Origin: Nitrospirota bacterium
GTDB taxonomy: Bacteria > UBA2233
NCBI GenBank assembly: GCA_011620345.1
Contig: WOZJ01000041.1
Coordinates: 1-43,964 of the forward strand
Reading direction: 5' to 3'
DNA: 43,964 bases
Positions 18,909-28,723 of the stretch are shown piece by piece. Position 1 is the first letter of the stretch; each line of letters begins with the position of its first letter. The translations under genes and the position numbers were made by a program. The notes beneath the pieces were generated by a model that saw nothing but the letters and a program-made list of their open reading frames with translations, ran no database searches and was not told the DNA's origin.

Positions 18909-19163
18909 CTAAGAAGCGCGCTTAGAAAAAGCGTCAGAAAACTCGTCTCCGATGTCCTCGAACTCAGACCCGAGATCATCGCCGAGATCCTGGAAGGAAT
19001 CGGAAATGTTTCCGTTATCACCGTTATCACCGTTACTGCCGAGGAGATCCTCGAGCATGCCGGAGATGGAATCAACCAGATCCTGGGCGTGTGCAGGCGT
19101 TGTCTGAAGCGGAAGAAACGCCAACGCGCCTACCATGGCAAGTAAAAATGTGACTTTACGCAT
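18909..19163 (-). CDS. small secreted acidic hypothetical protein
   Basis: AAGGAGG RBS; Sec signal MRK-hydrophobic-PAHA; D/E-rich mature part with NGDNGDNG; own terminator. Confidence 0.75.
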   Translation of the reverse strand: MRKVTFLLAMVGALAFLPLQTTPAHAQDLVDSISGMLEDLLGSNGDNGDNGNISDSFQDLGDDLGSEFEDIGDEFSDAFSKRAS

Positions 19164-19670
19164 CGAACAGCCTCCTTTGATTGATTTAATTTAATTTAGC
19201 TTAAACTATTACCATGTGACTTTAAGGTAAAACATCCTGCGAAGCTTGTCAAGAGATAGGACCTAAGAACGCCTATTTCTTGCCACCCTCTTTCTCCCAT
19301 CACGGCCGCCTTAGCCTAAAGAAAAAGATCCGCAATCCCCTTGTCGGTGGCTTCATGCTGTTCGTCATAGCCCCGTCCTTACCTTCCGACATCCTCGAGA
19401 CTCTGCGATGCGCTCCTTTTTGATCGGCTTCACCATTCAAGTCGGTGAAAATGCCGTCAAGGAGTTCGGCTATCATGATTGTTGGTTAACCGTAGGCCCT
19501 GGACAGGTTTGGTTTGCTATTGCCCTAAAGTCTTCGATAAAGAGCGCAAAGACCATAACACAACAAAAATTGGTAAGATATTTTTTAGCGAGCGCAAAAG
19601 GGCAGGCTGGATTTTTTCTGTATTCGGATTACAATATAAATTCACGAAAAAGGAGCAGAACAGCAAAGCC

Positions 19671-20690
19671 ATGATCATTGTCATGAAACCGCATGCGACA
19701 AAAAACGAGATTCAAGCCTTAATCCAGCGCATTGAAGAGCTGGGCTATACGGCCCATCCTATTCACGGGGTCGAACGTACGGTGGTCGGCGCGATAGGGG
19801 ATGAGCGTGGCAAGATGGAGCTCCAGGCACTAGAGACAATGGCCGGGGTGGACCGTGTCGTTCCCATCCTCGAGCCGTACAAGCTTGCCTCCATGGCTGC
19901 CTACGAAAAAACCTCCGAGATTCCTCTAGGCAGTGGGGTCGTGATTGGCGGGCAGAAGATTGTTGTCATCGCAGGCCCTTGCTCGGTCGAAGGAGAAGAC
20001 CAGGTGATTGAAACCGCGAGAATCGTGAAGGAGGCGGGGGCGACCGTTTTGAGGGGCGGTGCGTTTAAACCAAGGAGCAGCCCTTACAGCTTTCAGGGGA
20101 TGGAGCGCGACGGTCTCAGGCTTCTCAAGCAGGCAGGCGAATCCTTTGGCATGCCGGTCATTACGGAAGTCATGGCCGCCGAAGATGTCGCGTTGGTTGC
20201 AGAGTACGCGGACATCGTCCAGATCGGGGCACGCAACGCCCAGAATTTTTCGCTCTTGAAGCGAATTGGACGTATTCAAAAGCCGGTCTTGCTCAAACGA
20301 GGGCTTTCCATGACGATTGAGGAGTTACTCATGAGCGCCGAGTATATCCTCTCGCACGGCAACCCTAACGTCATCCTCTGCGAGCGCGGCATCCGAACGT
20401 TTGAGACGGCAACCCGTAATACTCTCGATTTGAGCGCCGTGCCTGTCCTGAAAGGCAGGACTCATTTGCCCGTTGTCGTGGATCCCAGCCATGGAACGGG
20501 GTATTGGAAGTACGTTGCGCCCATGGGGTTTGGCGCAATCGCCGTCGGGGCGGATGGGCTGATGATCGAGGTTCACCCACACCCCAAAGAGGCGTTGAGC
20601 GATGGGCCGCAATCGCTTAAACCCCAGACGTTCGCGAGGTTTATGAAAATGCTCGCACCTTTTGCCCAAGCGGTAAACCGTACGCTTTAA
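19671..20690 (+). CDS. aroF: 3-deoxy-7-phosphoheptulonate (DAHP) synthase, type I-beta with N-terminal regulatory domain
   Basis: MIIVMK start, [44 protein letters not shown]. Confidence 0.93.
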   Translation: MIIVMKPHATKNEIQALIQRIEELGYTAHPIHGVERTVVGAIGDERGKMELQALETMAGVDRVVPILEPYKLASMAAYEKTSEIPLGSGVVIGGQKIVVIAGPCSVEGEDQVIETARIVKEAGATVLRGGAFKPRSSPYSFQGMERDGLRLLKQAGESFGMPVITEVMAAEDVALVAEYADIVQIGARNAQNFSLLKRIGRIQKPVLLKRGLSMTIEELLMSAEYILSHGNPNVILCERGIRTFETATRNTLDLSAVPVLKGRTHLPVVVDPSHGTGYWKYVAPMGFGAIAVGADGLMIEVHPHPKEALSDGPQSLKPQTFARFMKMLAPFAQAVNRTL

Positions 20691-20726
20691 ATCAAGCGCC
20701 AAGCTGCAAAGAGGCCTTAGCAAACC

Positions 20727-21416
20727 ATGGGTAGTTCTTTGAATGTCCTTGGTATGGTGGCCCATCTAGGCCCCATAGGAAAGGCTATCCTCATCTTGTT
20801 GCTCGCTCTTTCGGTAGCCTCCGTGGCGATCATGCTCCAAAAGGGGCTGATGTTTCGGAAGGCCCGAAGGAACAACGAGCAGTTTATGGAAACCTTCTGG
20901 ACGGCTCAGTCGCTCTCTAGGGTGTTCGAGCGTGCAAAGCGCTACGAATTCTCCCCAAACGCCAGCCTGTTCTCCAACGCCTACCGCGAGTTTGGGCGAG
21001 CCGAAAGGCTGCGCTATACCAGCCCGCAGGACGCGCTTGTCCATATCGAGCGTGTCCTTAGGAAGGGCATTTTCCGCGAAACGGGCCTGCTTGAGCGCTA
21101 TCTGCCGCTTTTGGGGACTATCGGGTCGGTAAGCCCGTTCATCGGTCTTTTTGGGACCGTATGGGGGATTATGAACGCCTTCCATGCCATAGGGCTTAAA
21201 GGAACGGCAGACCTTACTACTGTCGCCCCGGGTATTGCCGAAGCGCTCATCAACACGGCGGCGGGCCTTTTTGTGGCGATCCCATCCGTCATCGCCTATA
21301 ACCTGTTCGTCCGTAGGGCAAGGGCGTTGGTGTCCGATATGGAAGGCTTTGCCTTGGATTTCCTCAACCTTTACCAGCGCCAGCTCCTGACGCTCAAACC
21401 GCAGGAAACCCCGTAA
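20727..21416 (+). CDS. tolQ: TolQ (MotA/TolQ/ExbB family)
   Basis: SPFIGLFGTVWGIM.AF, VAPGIAEAL..TAAGL.VAIP. Confidence 0.92.
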   Translation: MGSSLNVLGMVAHLGPIGKAILILLLALSVASVAIMLQKGLMFRKARRNNEQFMETFWTAQSLSRVFERAKRYEFSPNASLFSNAYREFGRAERLRYTSPQDALVHIERVLRKGIFRETGLLERYLPLLGTIGSVSPFIGLFGTVWGIMNAFHAIGLKGTADLTTVAPGIAEALINTAAGLFVAIPSVIAYNLFVRRARALVSDMEGFALDFLNLYQRQLLTLKPQETP

Positions 21417-21444
21417 CCTCGACCCTGCAAAAGGAGTAGGAACT

Positions 21445-21867
21445 ATGGCGTTTGGAGTAGGAGGCGGCGGCCTTTCGAACGGAGATCCGATCTCGGACAT
21501 CAACATTACGCCCCTCGTGGACGTCATGCTGGTATTGCTGATCGTCTTCATGGTTACAGCGCCGATGATGATCCAAGGCGTGGATGTGAACCTGCCAAGA
21601 GTCACTACGGCCCCCCTGAAGCCCTCTGAAGACCTTTTGACCGTTCGAGTCGAAAAGGGCGGGACGGTTTGGGTGGACAAGCGGCGAACGGATATGGATG
21701 AACTTGCCCAAGTGATGGAAAAGGTGCTTGCGGCACGGGCCATCAAAGATGTGCTGCTTGCCGCCGATCGGGACCTCCCTTACGAAACGGTGATGAAGGC
21801 CATTTCGAGGCTCAAAAAGGCGGGAGTGAACCGGATCGGCATGATGACTCAACCCGAGGGTACATAG
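21445..21867 (+). CDS. tolR: TolR (ExbD/TolR family)
   Basis: INITPLVDVMLVLLIVFMVTAPM. Confidence 0.92.
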   Translation: MAFGVGGGGLSNGDPISDINITPLVDVMLVLLIVFMVTAPMMIQGVDVNLPRVTTAPLKPSEDLLTVRVEKGGTVWVDKRRTDMDELAQVMEKVLAARAIKDVLLAADRDLPYETVMKAISRLKKAGVNRIGMMTQPEGT

Positions 21868-21876
21868 AGCTACGCC

Positions 21877-22734
21877 ATGCGCGAGCCTTCCATTGGTCCG
21901 ATGATGGCCGTATCGGGCCTTGTTCACTTTACTTTCCTTGCGCTTGTGTTATATTTGTTCTCGTTTGAAACGAACAGGACATTCGTTGCGCCCTACGTGC
22001 AAGTCGAGCTTGTAGGGCCGGGTATTCGAGGGGAAAATCGCAGTGCTAAGCCTACATCTCCGCTTGTCGTGCCGCCTAAACCGAAAGAGCCTCCAAAAGT
22101 AGAGGCCAAGAGGCCAGCCGAGCCCTTAGAGGCGCTCAAACCCAAACCCAAGCAAGAGGCCGTTCCAAAGGATAGTATGCTGTTGCCAGACAAGCTACAA
22201 AAGGCGAAACCAAAGGCCAAGGTTGTGCCCGAAAAGCCAAAGCGGGAAAAACCATTAAGGCGGCCCATTCGGCCTGCTCCAAAAATAGAGCCCAAATCCA
22301 AAGAAAGGCAGGAAGAATCGCTCGATCCGAAGCTTGAGAGTGCGATCGAGCGCATCCGCCAACGGCTGGCCCAACAAAGCTCTTCCGGGGGCGTCCCATA
22401 CGGGGCGTTCGTTCCAGGATCTCAGACGGGGCAGCCCGTCGATGTTCGCCTTGCCAGGTACATTTCAGAGGTGTGGCAGCGGTTGATGTTGAGTTTTCGC
22501 CTGCCCCCGATGCTTGGGGAAACCAAGGGGCTAGAGGCTATTGCCGTGGTAAGGATCGGACGGAGCGGCGAGGCATTGGCCGTTTCCATGGAGAAGGGCT
22601 CTGGCATCCCTGTATTCGATGAGGCCGTAATTAGGGCGATCAAGGAGAGTGCTCCGTTTCCTCCTCTGCCCGAAGCCATAGAGGGTTCTTTCTTTGAGCT
22701 TGGAATCCGCTTTCGACCGGAGGATATGGGATGA
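21877..22734 (+). CDS. tolA: TolA/TonB-like protein
   Basis: N-terminal SxxxH membrane anchor, Pro/Lys-rich linker, TonB_C-like SG...FD.A...AI....PFPPLP; lies between tolR and tolB. Confidence 0.75.
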   Translation: MREPSIGPMMAVSGLVHFTFLALVLYLFSFETNRTFVAPYVQVELVGPGIRGENRSAKPTSPLVVPPKPKEPPKVEAKRPAEPLEALKPKPKQEAVPKDSMLLPDKLQKAKPKAKVVPEKPKREKPLRRPIRPAPKIEPKSKERQEESLDPKLESAIERIRQRLAQQSSSGGVPYGAFVPGSQTGQPVDVRLARYISEVWQRLMLSFRLPPMLGETKGLEAIAVVRIGRSGEALAVSMEKGSGIPVFDEAVIRAIKESAPFPPLPEAIEGSFFELGIRFRPEDMG

Positions 22735-24038
22735 AACGCCTTCTAGCCCTTTTTTCAGTTTGGATTGTTGGGTTGTCGGCCCTTACTGAGGCCAAGGCGA
22801 GGGTTTACATCGACGTCACTTCGCAAAACATCCGTAAGCTGAACATCGCCATCCCTGATTTCCTCCGCCTTTTGGGGCCAAAGGACGCGCATGTCTCGCT
22901 TAACCGTCAAATTTACGAAGCCCTTGCCTTTGATCTTGGAATGAGCGGATACTGCAATGTGCAAGACAAGGATACCTACATCGAAAAATCTTCCAACCTT
23001 ACCGGGCTTCAGGATACGAACCTGGAAGATTGGCGGCTGATAGGGACAGAGATGCTTGTTCGTGGCGGACTTAGGCTTACTTCGAGCATGTTTGAAGCCG
23101 AGGTGCGCCTAATTGATATTTCTCGGGGGGAAGCTGTCCTATCCAAAAGCTACCGGGGCAGTCAAAGTCAAGTTCGCTGGGTCGCCCACTTGATGGCCAA
23201 CGATATTCTTGAGCGGTTGACCGGGGAAAGGGGGGCATTCGATTATCAGCTCGTCTTTTCCAGAAGGCCCACGCCTCGAACGAAAGAGGTGTACATGATG
23301 GACGTCGACGGAGCGGGTGCGGTTGCCTTGACTCGGAATGGGTCACTCAACCTCTTTCCCGCCGTATCTCCGGATGGGACAAGGATTGCCTACACCTCCT
23401 ACAGGCATGACAACCCAGACTTGTACCTCATGAGCTTGGCCAAAGGGACGCTTGTACGCATCCTTTCGCATCCAGGCCTAAACACGACCCCGGCGTTCTA
23501 TCCGGACGGAAGGCGCTTGGTTGTGGCGTTGACCAAAGACGGAAACGCCGAGCTCTACGAGGCCGATTTGGCTGGTAGGCTCTTAAGGAGGCTTACGCAT
23601 AGCTTCGGGGAGGACATCTCGCCCACCGTTTCCCCGGATGGGGGAAAGGTCGTGTTTGTTTCAGACCGAGCCGGAGGGTTGGGTCTGTACGAGTTGAACC
23701 TTGAAACCCTAGAAACCAGAAGGCTTGTTCCCGACATGTCTTACTGTACAGATCCGAGCTATTCTCCAAAGGGCGACCGGATCGTTTTTTCGGCAAGGCA
23801 AGGCGGTACGTTTGACATCTACAGCGTCCAAGCGAACGGAGGAGGGCTTTTGAGGCATACGTTTGGGGAAGGAAGAAATGAGCATCCAGCCGTTTCTCCC
23901 GACGGGCGTCTTGTTGCGTTCGACTCTACCCGCGACGGCGTGAGGCAGATTTATCTACTCAACCTCAAGACGGGAGACGTAATGAGAGTGAGTAGATCAC
24001 GAAACGAAGAATCTCAGCCTGCATGGAGAAAGCGCTAA
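22731..24038 (+). CDS. tolB: TolB beta-propeller protein
   Basis: Signal peptide, IAIPDF, repeated P..SPDG (PD40) units. Confidence 0.93.
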   Translation: MKRLLALFSVWIVGLSALTEAKARVYIDVTSQNIRKLNIAIPDFLRLLGPKDAHVSLNRQIYEALAFDLGMSGYCNVQDKDTYIEKSSNLTGLQDTNLEDWRLIGTEMLVRGGLRLTSSMFEAEVRLIDISRGEAVLSKSYRGSQSQVRWVAHLMANDILERLTGERGAFDYQLVFSRRPTPRTKEVYMMDVDGAGAVALTRNGSLNLFPAVSPDGTRIAYTSYRHDNPDLYLMSLAKGTLVRILSHPGLNTTPAFYPDGRRLVVALTKDGNAELYEADLAGRLLRRLTHSFGEDISPTVSPDGGKVVFVSDRAGGLGLYELNLETLETRRLVPDMSYCTDPSYSPKGDRIVFSARQGGTFDIYSVQANGGGLLRHTFGEGRNEHPAVSPDGRLVAFDSTRDGVRQIYLLNLKTGDVMRVSRSRNEESQPAWRKR

Positions 24039-24065
24039 ATCCTAAAAAGAAAGGGGGTGATAGAC

Positions 24066-24575
24066 ATGTTGAAGCGTTTATTTTTAGCCACTCTGGTCCT
24101 CATGATGGGCGTTGCCCTTGTTAATCAGGAAGGCTGTTCCAGGAAGCCCAAAGGGGCAGAAGAGGAAATGGTGGGCGTCGAAAAGGGCCGTAAGGTCCGA
24201 AGGCGTCCTATTGGTGAAGACGAGTACGCAAGGAGGGGGGTGTCTCCCCTGCAAACGGTGTACTTCGATTTCGACAGGGCCGACATCCGGCCTGAGATGC
24301 GTACCGTTCTCCAAAGGAACGCCGAATGGTTGCGGCGACATCCACGCGTGAAGATGTCCATTGAGGGCAATTGCGACGAGCGGGGTACGGAAGAGTACAA
24401 CATGGCGCTCGGGCAAAGGCGGGCAGAGGCCGTCAAGAGCTATCTCGTGAGCCTTGGGATCCCATCAAACCGGCTTTCCACGATTAGTTACGGGGAAGAA
24501 CGACCGGCAGATCCGGGTCACGGCGAGGCGGCTTGGGCCAAAAACCGCAGGGCCGATTTCTCCATCGTTCGGTAG
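24066..24575 (+). CDS. pal: peptidoglycan-associated lipoprotein
   Basis: VYFDFD, IEGNCDERGTEEYNMALGQRRA, SYGEERP, KNRRA. Confidence 0.95.
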   Translation: MLKRLFLATLVLMMGVALVNQEGCSRKPKGAEEEMVGVEKGRKVRRRPIGEDEYARRGVSPLQTVYFDFDRADIRPEMRTVLQRNAEWLRRHPRVKMSIEGNCDERGTEEYNMALGQRRAEAVKSYLVSLGIPSNRLSTISYGEERPADPGHGEAAWAKNRRADFSIVR

Positions 24576-24579
24576 GAAT

Positions 24580-24611
24580 TCACCCGCCTGGGGATTTGCC
24601 CAGGCGGGTGA
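24580..24611. repeat. perfect 13-bp stem-loop between pal and cpoB, without a U-tract
   Basis: tcacccgcctggg-gatttg-cccaggcgggtga. Confidence 0.8.
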
Positions 24612-24639
24612 TGCCCTTGAAACCATGGAAGGAGATGGT

Positions 24640-25503
24640 ATGAGGCTGCGGAAGGCGTTGCTTGGAGTTGGCTTGGGTTCGTTTGTCTTCTTGGTGGCAG
24701 GTGGTTGTGCAACGACCTCCGATGTGGGCGGCCTAAAGGCGCAGCTTGACAACCTTGGGGACGAGTTGCAATCGGTCCGCGCCCTTCAGGCAGACCATAC
24801 GGCCGACCTCGAGCGTTTGCAGCGCCAGGTTACCGCGGTTGAGGAGGTCTCGAAGCAGACTCAAGAACAGCTTCTCGAGCAGGACAAGCGCCTTGATGAC
24901 GGCCTAAAGCCATTCCAGTCTAGGCTTAGCGTGATCCAGGGGGCAGTTTTAAGGAACGATGACCGCTTAAGACAAATCGAGGGGCGGCTCAAACTGGCTT
25001 CCCCGCCTCCGCTCACGTTCGGCGGATCTGCCTTCGGGCAAGCACCGTTGCTTGGGCAACAGCCGTTATCTTCGGGGGCCGCACCCTCTGGACCCACCCC
25101 GGCGGCCTCCGCAACGCCCGAAAGTGAGCTGTATGATCAGGCGTTTTCTGCGCTGTCCCAAGGGAACCCAAGCGGGGCTGTTTCCTTGTTTCAGCGTTTC
25201 CTCAAGGCCTACCCCTCTTCTAGCCTTGCTCCGAAGGCGCAATACTTTTTAGCGGAAAGTCACTACCAGCTACAGGACCACGAGCGGGCCATCGTTGAGT
25301 TCGACAAGTTCGCGCGCGACTACCCCGCCTCCGAGCTCGTTCCTAGCGCTTACTTGAGGCAAGGGGAAGCCTTTGAGGCGCTAGGAGACTTCTACGACGC
25401 CAGTATCGTGTACAAGAAGATTCTCAAAGACTTCCCCACTTCTCAGGCCTCGGTTCAGGCCAAGACTAAGCTTCAAGCGATCGATCAGCGCCTGAAGCGC
25501 TGA
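24640..25503 (+). CDS. cpoB: Tol-Pal TPR protein CpoB/YbgF
   Basis: Lipoprotein-like signal AGGC, coiled coil, TPR repeats (F...YP.S.LAPKAQY); follows pal; AAGGAG RBS. Confidence 0.88.
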   Translation: MRLRKALLGVGLGSFVFLVAGGCATTSDVGGLKAQLDNLGDELQSVRALQADHTADLERLQRQVTAVEEVSKQTQEQLLEQDKRLDDGLKPFQSRLSVIQGAVLRNDDRLRQIEGRLKLASPPPLTFGGSAFGQAPLLGQQPLSSGAAPSGPTPAASATPESELYDQAFSALSQGNPSGAVSLFQRFLKAYPSSSLAPKAQYFLAESHYQLQDHERAIVEFDKFARDYPASELVPSAYLRQGEAFEALGDFYDASIVYKKILKDFPTSQASVQAKTKLQAIDQRLKR

Positions 25504-25504
25504 G

Positions 25505-26539
25505 TCATTTTGCCCTCTCGTAGGGCTTTGGCCAGGATATCTCCTCGCCCAATGCGCGCGCCGCGGAAAGCGGCCAGTATGGGTTCCGAAGGAGCTCTCT
25601 GCCTAGGGCAATCAAATCGGCATTTCCTGCTTGGAGCGTATACTCTGCCAGTTCGGGGGAAGAAATCAGCCCCACGGCCATGGTTATGAGCCCTAGTTCT
25701 CGCTTGATACGAGAGGCATAAGGGATCTGATAGCCAGGGTAGGCTCCGATTGCCACCGGCTGCAGGCCTGTAGAAACGATCCCTCCCGAAGAAATGTCCC
25801 ATACGTCCACGGCCTCGCTTTTGAGGCAACCAAGAAGCCTTAAGGTTTCCTCTAGCGTCATGCAGTCTAGAGTATAGTCGCTGGCCGATATTCTGACGAA
25901 GAGAGGGCGCCCCTTAGGCCAAACACTCCGTACGGCATGAATGGTTTCTCTTAAGAACCTGGCCCGGTTTTCGGTGCTTCCCCCGTAGCGGTCGGTTCGC
26001 TCGTTGGCGGCGGGCGATAGAAACTCGCTGATCAAATACCCATGGGCAGCGTGAATCTCGATTACGTCAAACCCGGCCTGTAGGGCTCTTTGGGCTGCCA
26101 CCGCAAAGCGCTCTTGGATTTCTTGGATTTCTCCCTCGGAAAGCTCGTGGGGGGTACGGTAGTCTTCATCGAATGGAATTGGGCTTGGGGCGACGGGGAT
26201 TCCAGCGCGTGATTCCGACTTTCTTCCCGCGTGCGCAAGCTGTATACCGATCTTGCCTCCCAAGTCGTGAACCACCTTTACGATTCGTTCGAGCGGCTTG
26301 ATGTGGTTGTCCGACCAAAGCCCAAGGTCGTTGTCCGAAATCCTTCCCCTTGGCTCGACCGCGGTGGCCTCCACGAGAATCAGCCCAACGCCGCCGACGG
26401 CCCGGCTTGCCAGATGGACAAGATGCCAGTCTGTCGCAAAGCCGTCTTCTGTCGCCATGTACTGGCACATAGGGGACATGACAATGCGGTTTGCAAGTGT
26501 TTCTTCGCCCAATTTGATGGGGCTGAACAGACAGCTCAT
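25505..26539 (-). CDS. NADH:flavin oxidoreductase (old yellow enzyme, YqjM/NamA-like)
   Basis: NRIVMSPMCQY, QLAHAGRK, EIHAAHGYL..EFLSP..N.RTD.YGGS.ENR, GRELLRNPYWP; AAGGAGG RBS. Confidence 0.92.
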   Translation of the reverse strand: MSCLFSPIKLGEETLANRIVMSPMCQYMATEDGFATDWHLVHLASRAVGGVGLILVEATAVEPRGRISDNDLGLWSDNHIKPLERIVKVVHDLGGKIGIQLAHAGRKSESRAGIPVAPSPIPFDEDYRTPHELSEGEIQEIQERFAVAAQRALQAGFDVIEIHAAHGYLISEFLSPAANERTDRYGGSTENRARFLRETIHAVRSVWPKGRPLFVRISASDYTLDCMTLEETLRLLGCLKSEAVDVWDISSGGIVSTGLQPVAIGAYPGYQIPYASRIKRELGLITMAVGLISSPELAEYTLQAGNADLIALGRELLRNPYWPLSAARALGEEISWPKPYERAK

Positions 26540-26677
26540 AGGTTCCTCCTTCAGGTTTGGATGCTGACTGTTGGCGAATGGCTTAAAAAAGGCGGCCACC
26601 CTTATCGCTTATTGTAGCAAGCAAAGCCTTGTACCCATCAACCAGGCCGATGTATTGTAAGAGTACGGGAGTAAAGG

Positions 26678-27283
26678 ATGCGTATTGTAGGCCTAGATCT
26701 TGCGGGTTCGCCAAAGCGCCGTACGGGGTACTGCCTGTTTGCCGGCGGGCGAGTGGAGACACGGATATTGTATGCAGATACGGACATTCTGCGGGCTCTC
26801 TACGAGGATAAGCCGGAAATCGTGGCGATTGATGCGCCTCTCTCTCTTCCTTTCGGGCGATGTTGCCTGCTCGAGGAGTGTAGCTGCCGGGGCAAGGCGC
26901 ATTTGAGGGTCTGCGACAAGACGCTTCTTTCCATGAAAATCCATTTTTTCCCCATCACTTTGGGGCCCATGCGTCTTTTGACAACTCGTGGAATGAATCT
27001 AGCCGAATCGCTTGCAAAAAGGGGAATTCGCACAATCGAGGTCTACCCGGGCGCAGCACAGGACCTTTGGGGGATTCCACGCAAACAAAAAGATGTCGAG
27101 GGGCTAAGGGCAGGGCTTGAGGGGGTTGGGCTGTGCAGCATTTCTAAAGGGCTTTCCCACGACGAGTTGGACGCCATCAGCTGCGCCCTTGTCGGAAGGG
27201 ACGTGCTGGAGGGGAAGGGGTTGGCCGTTGGTATCCCTCAAGAGGGGCTTATGTTCCTTCCTGGAGTGGAAAACCAGGTTTGA
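26678..27283 (+). CDS. DUF429-family (RNase H-like fold) protein
   Basis: GLDLAG, VAIDAPLSLP, IEVYPG, HDELDA. Confidence 0.8.
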   Translation: MRIVGLDLAGSPKRRTGYCLFAGGRVETRILYADTDILRALYEDKPEIVAIDAPLSLPFGRCCLLEECSCRGKAHLRVCDKTLLSMKIHFFPITLGPMRLLTTRGMNLAESLAKRGIRTIEVYPGAAQDLWGIPRKQKDVEGLRAGLEGVGLCSISKGLSHDELDAISCALVGRDVLEGKGLAVGIPQEGLMFLPGVENQV

Positions 27284-27335
27284 ACAGCATTAATTAAAAT
27301 TAATAGTATGCCGATGAAAGAATGAGGAGGTTTAC

Positions 27336-28685
27336 ATGATTCGCGTGATCAAGGGGGGGACGGTGGTGACCTCCAGCGAGATGTACCAGGCTGACATTGC
27401 CATCGAGGACGGCGAGATCGTAAGGATTGCGAAAGACATCGACACTGGAGGCTCAGAGGTCATCGATGCCAGGGGGGCCTACGTGTTCCCCGGGGCGATC
27501 GATCCTTTCGTGAGCCATTCTTTAACGCTCGATGGTCTTTCTACCGAGGAGGATTTTTCGGAAGTAACCCAAGCGGCCGTTCTGGGCGGAACGACAACGG
27601 TCCTCGATTGTGCCTATCAAGACCGAGGCATGTCACTCAAGGCCACGCTGGAGGCTTGGCACGCAAAGGCTCGGGGGCGGGCGCTTGTGGATTATGCCTT
27701 CCACATTGTTGTTTCTGACCCATCCGAAAGGGCATTGGGAGAATTCCGCGATATCGTCGAGAACGAAGGGGTCAGCTCATTTAAAGTCTTTCTCGGGTTC
27801 AAGGACCGCTGGATGCTGGACGACGCGTCCTTTTTCCGGCTTCTCCAAAAAGCTCGGGAGATCCCGGCGCTTGTGGTCGTTCATCCAGAAAACGGCTGTG
27901 TCACGAGCTTTCTTCAAAACTATGCCATTCGCCACGACAACGTCTCTTTTGCACATTATGCACAAGCAAGCCCTTGTATTCTTGAAGGGGAAGCGATCCA
28001 TCGAGCCGTGGCGTTCGCTTCGCTCGCAAGCTGCCCGCTGTATGTGTCCCCCACGACGTGCAGCGAGGGGCTAGGGGCTGTCCTTCGCGCTCGAGGCCGC
28101 GATCAGGAGGTGTTCGCCGAGACGCTGCTGCCCTATCTCTTGTTCAATGGCCTTTCGGAGGGGGCGAGAACACTTCCGAGCCCTCCGTTTAGGGGCAAGG
28201 AGGATCGAGAAGCACTTTGGAGTGCGCTCAAGCAAGGCTACATCCATACGGTGGGTTCGGGGCACATTGGCCTGCCAGGCATGCCTGAAGTACCAGCCGC
28301 AAGGGAAGACTTTCGCGATATTCCAAAAGGCTTCCGAGGCGTGAGAGAACGCTTCGGCCTTTTATACACCTATGGCGTCGAAGAGCGCCGGATCACGCTT
28401 AATCGCTTCGTGAGCCTCGTTTCTACGGCACCTGCCAAAATTTTTGGTATGTTCCCAAAAAAAGGGACGATTGCCGTAGGCTCGGATGCCGACGTGGTCG
28501 TGTGGGATCCGACCGAAGAGCAGAAAATCACCACAAATGACTCAATGTATGCAGAGTACAGGATCCAAGGAAGGCCTCTGGCTGTCCTGCTTCGGGGAGA
28601 AGTTGTCGTTCAAAACGGCGAGCTACAAAAGGAGCCGGGCATCGGAAAATTCATCTTTCGGGCCAAGCATGGCATGTACCTGTAG
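27336..28685 (+). CDS. dihydropyrimidinase/hydantoinase homologue with a degenerate metal centre
   Basis: AAVLGGTTT, VDYAFH, SSFKVF, VHPENG, SPPFR, STAPAKIFGMFPKKGTIAVGSDADVVVWDP; four ligand positions are substituted. Confidence 0.88.
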   Translation: MIRVIKGGTVVTSSEMYQADIAIEDGEIVRIAKDIDTGGSEVIDARGAYVFPGAIDPFVSHSLTLDGLSTEEDFSEVTQAAVLGGTTTVLDCAYQDRGMSLKATLEAWHAKARGRALVDYAFHIVVSDPSERALGEFRDIVENEGVSSFKVFLGFKDRWMLDDASFFRLLQKAREIPALVVVHPENGCVTSFLQNYAIRHDNVSFAHYAQASPCILEGEAIHRAVAFASLASCPLYVSPTTCSEGLGAVLRARGRDQEVFAETLLPYLLFNGLSEGARTLPSPPFRGKEDREALWSALKQGYIHTVGSGHIGLPGMPEVPAAREDFRDIPKGFRGVRERFGLLYTYGVEERRITLNRFVSLVSTAPAKIFGMFPKKGTIAVGSDADVVVWDPTEEQKITTNDSMYAEYRIQGRPLAVLLRGEVVVQNGELQKEPGIGKFIFRAKHGMYL

Positions 28686-28723
28686 GTCCAGCCGTTGATT
28701 CGCGCCCAAAGCCTATGGCCGGG

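Noticed and set aside
19290-19600. Degenerate paralogue of the small secreted protein or a leader peptide upstream of aroF
   Set aside because: Only vague similarity, no RBS and no aromatic-codon-rich leader; the 19479 start of aroF is likewise unsupported
20766-21746. 326-aa antisense ORF over tolQ/tolR, and similar shadow ORFs over ggpS, the reductase, groEL, typA and the aldehyde dehydrogenase
   Set aside because: Antisense shadows of well-conserved GC-rich genes, with no motifs or RBS
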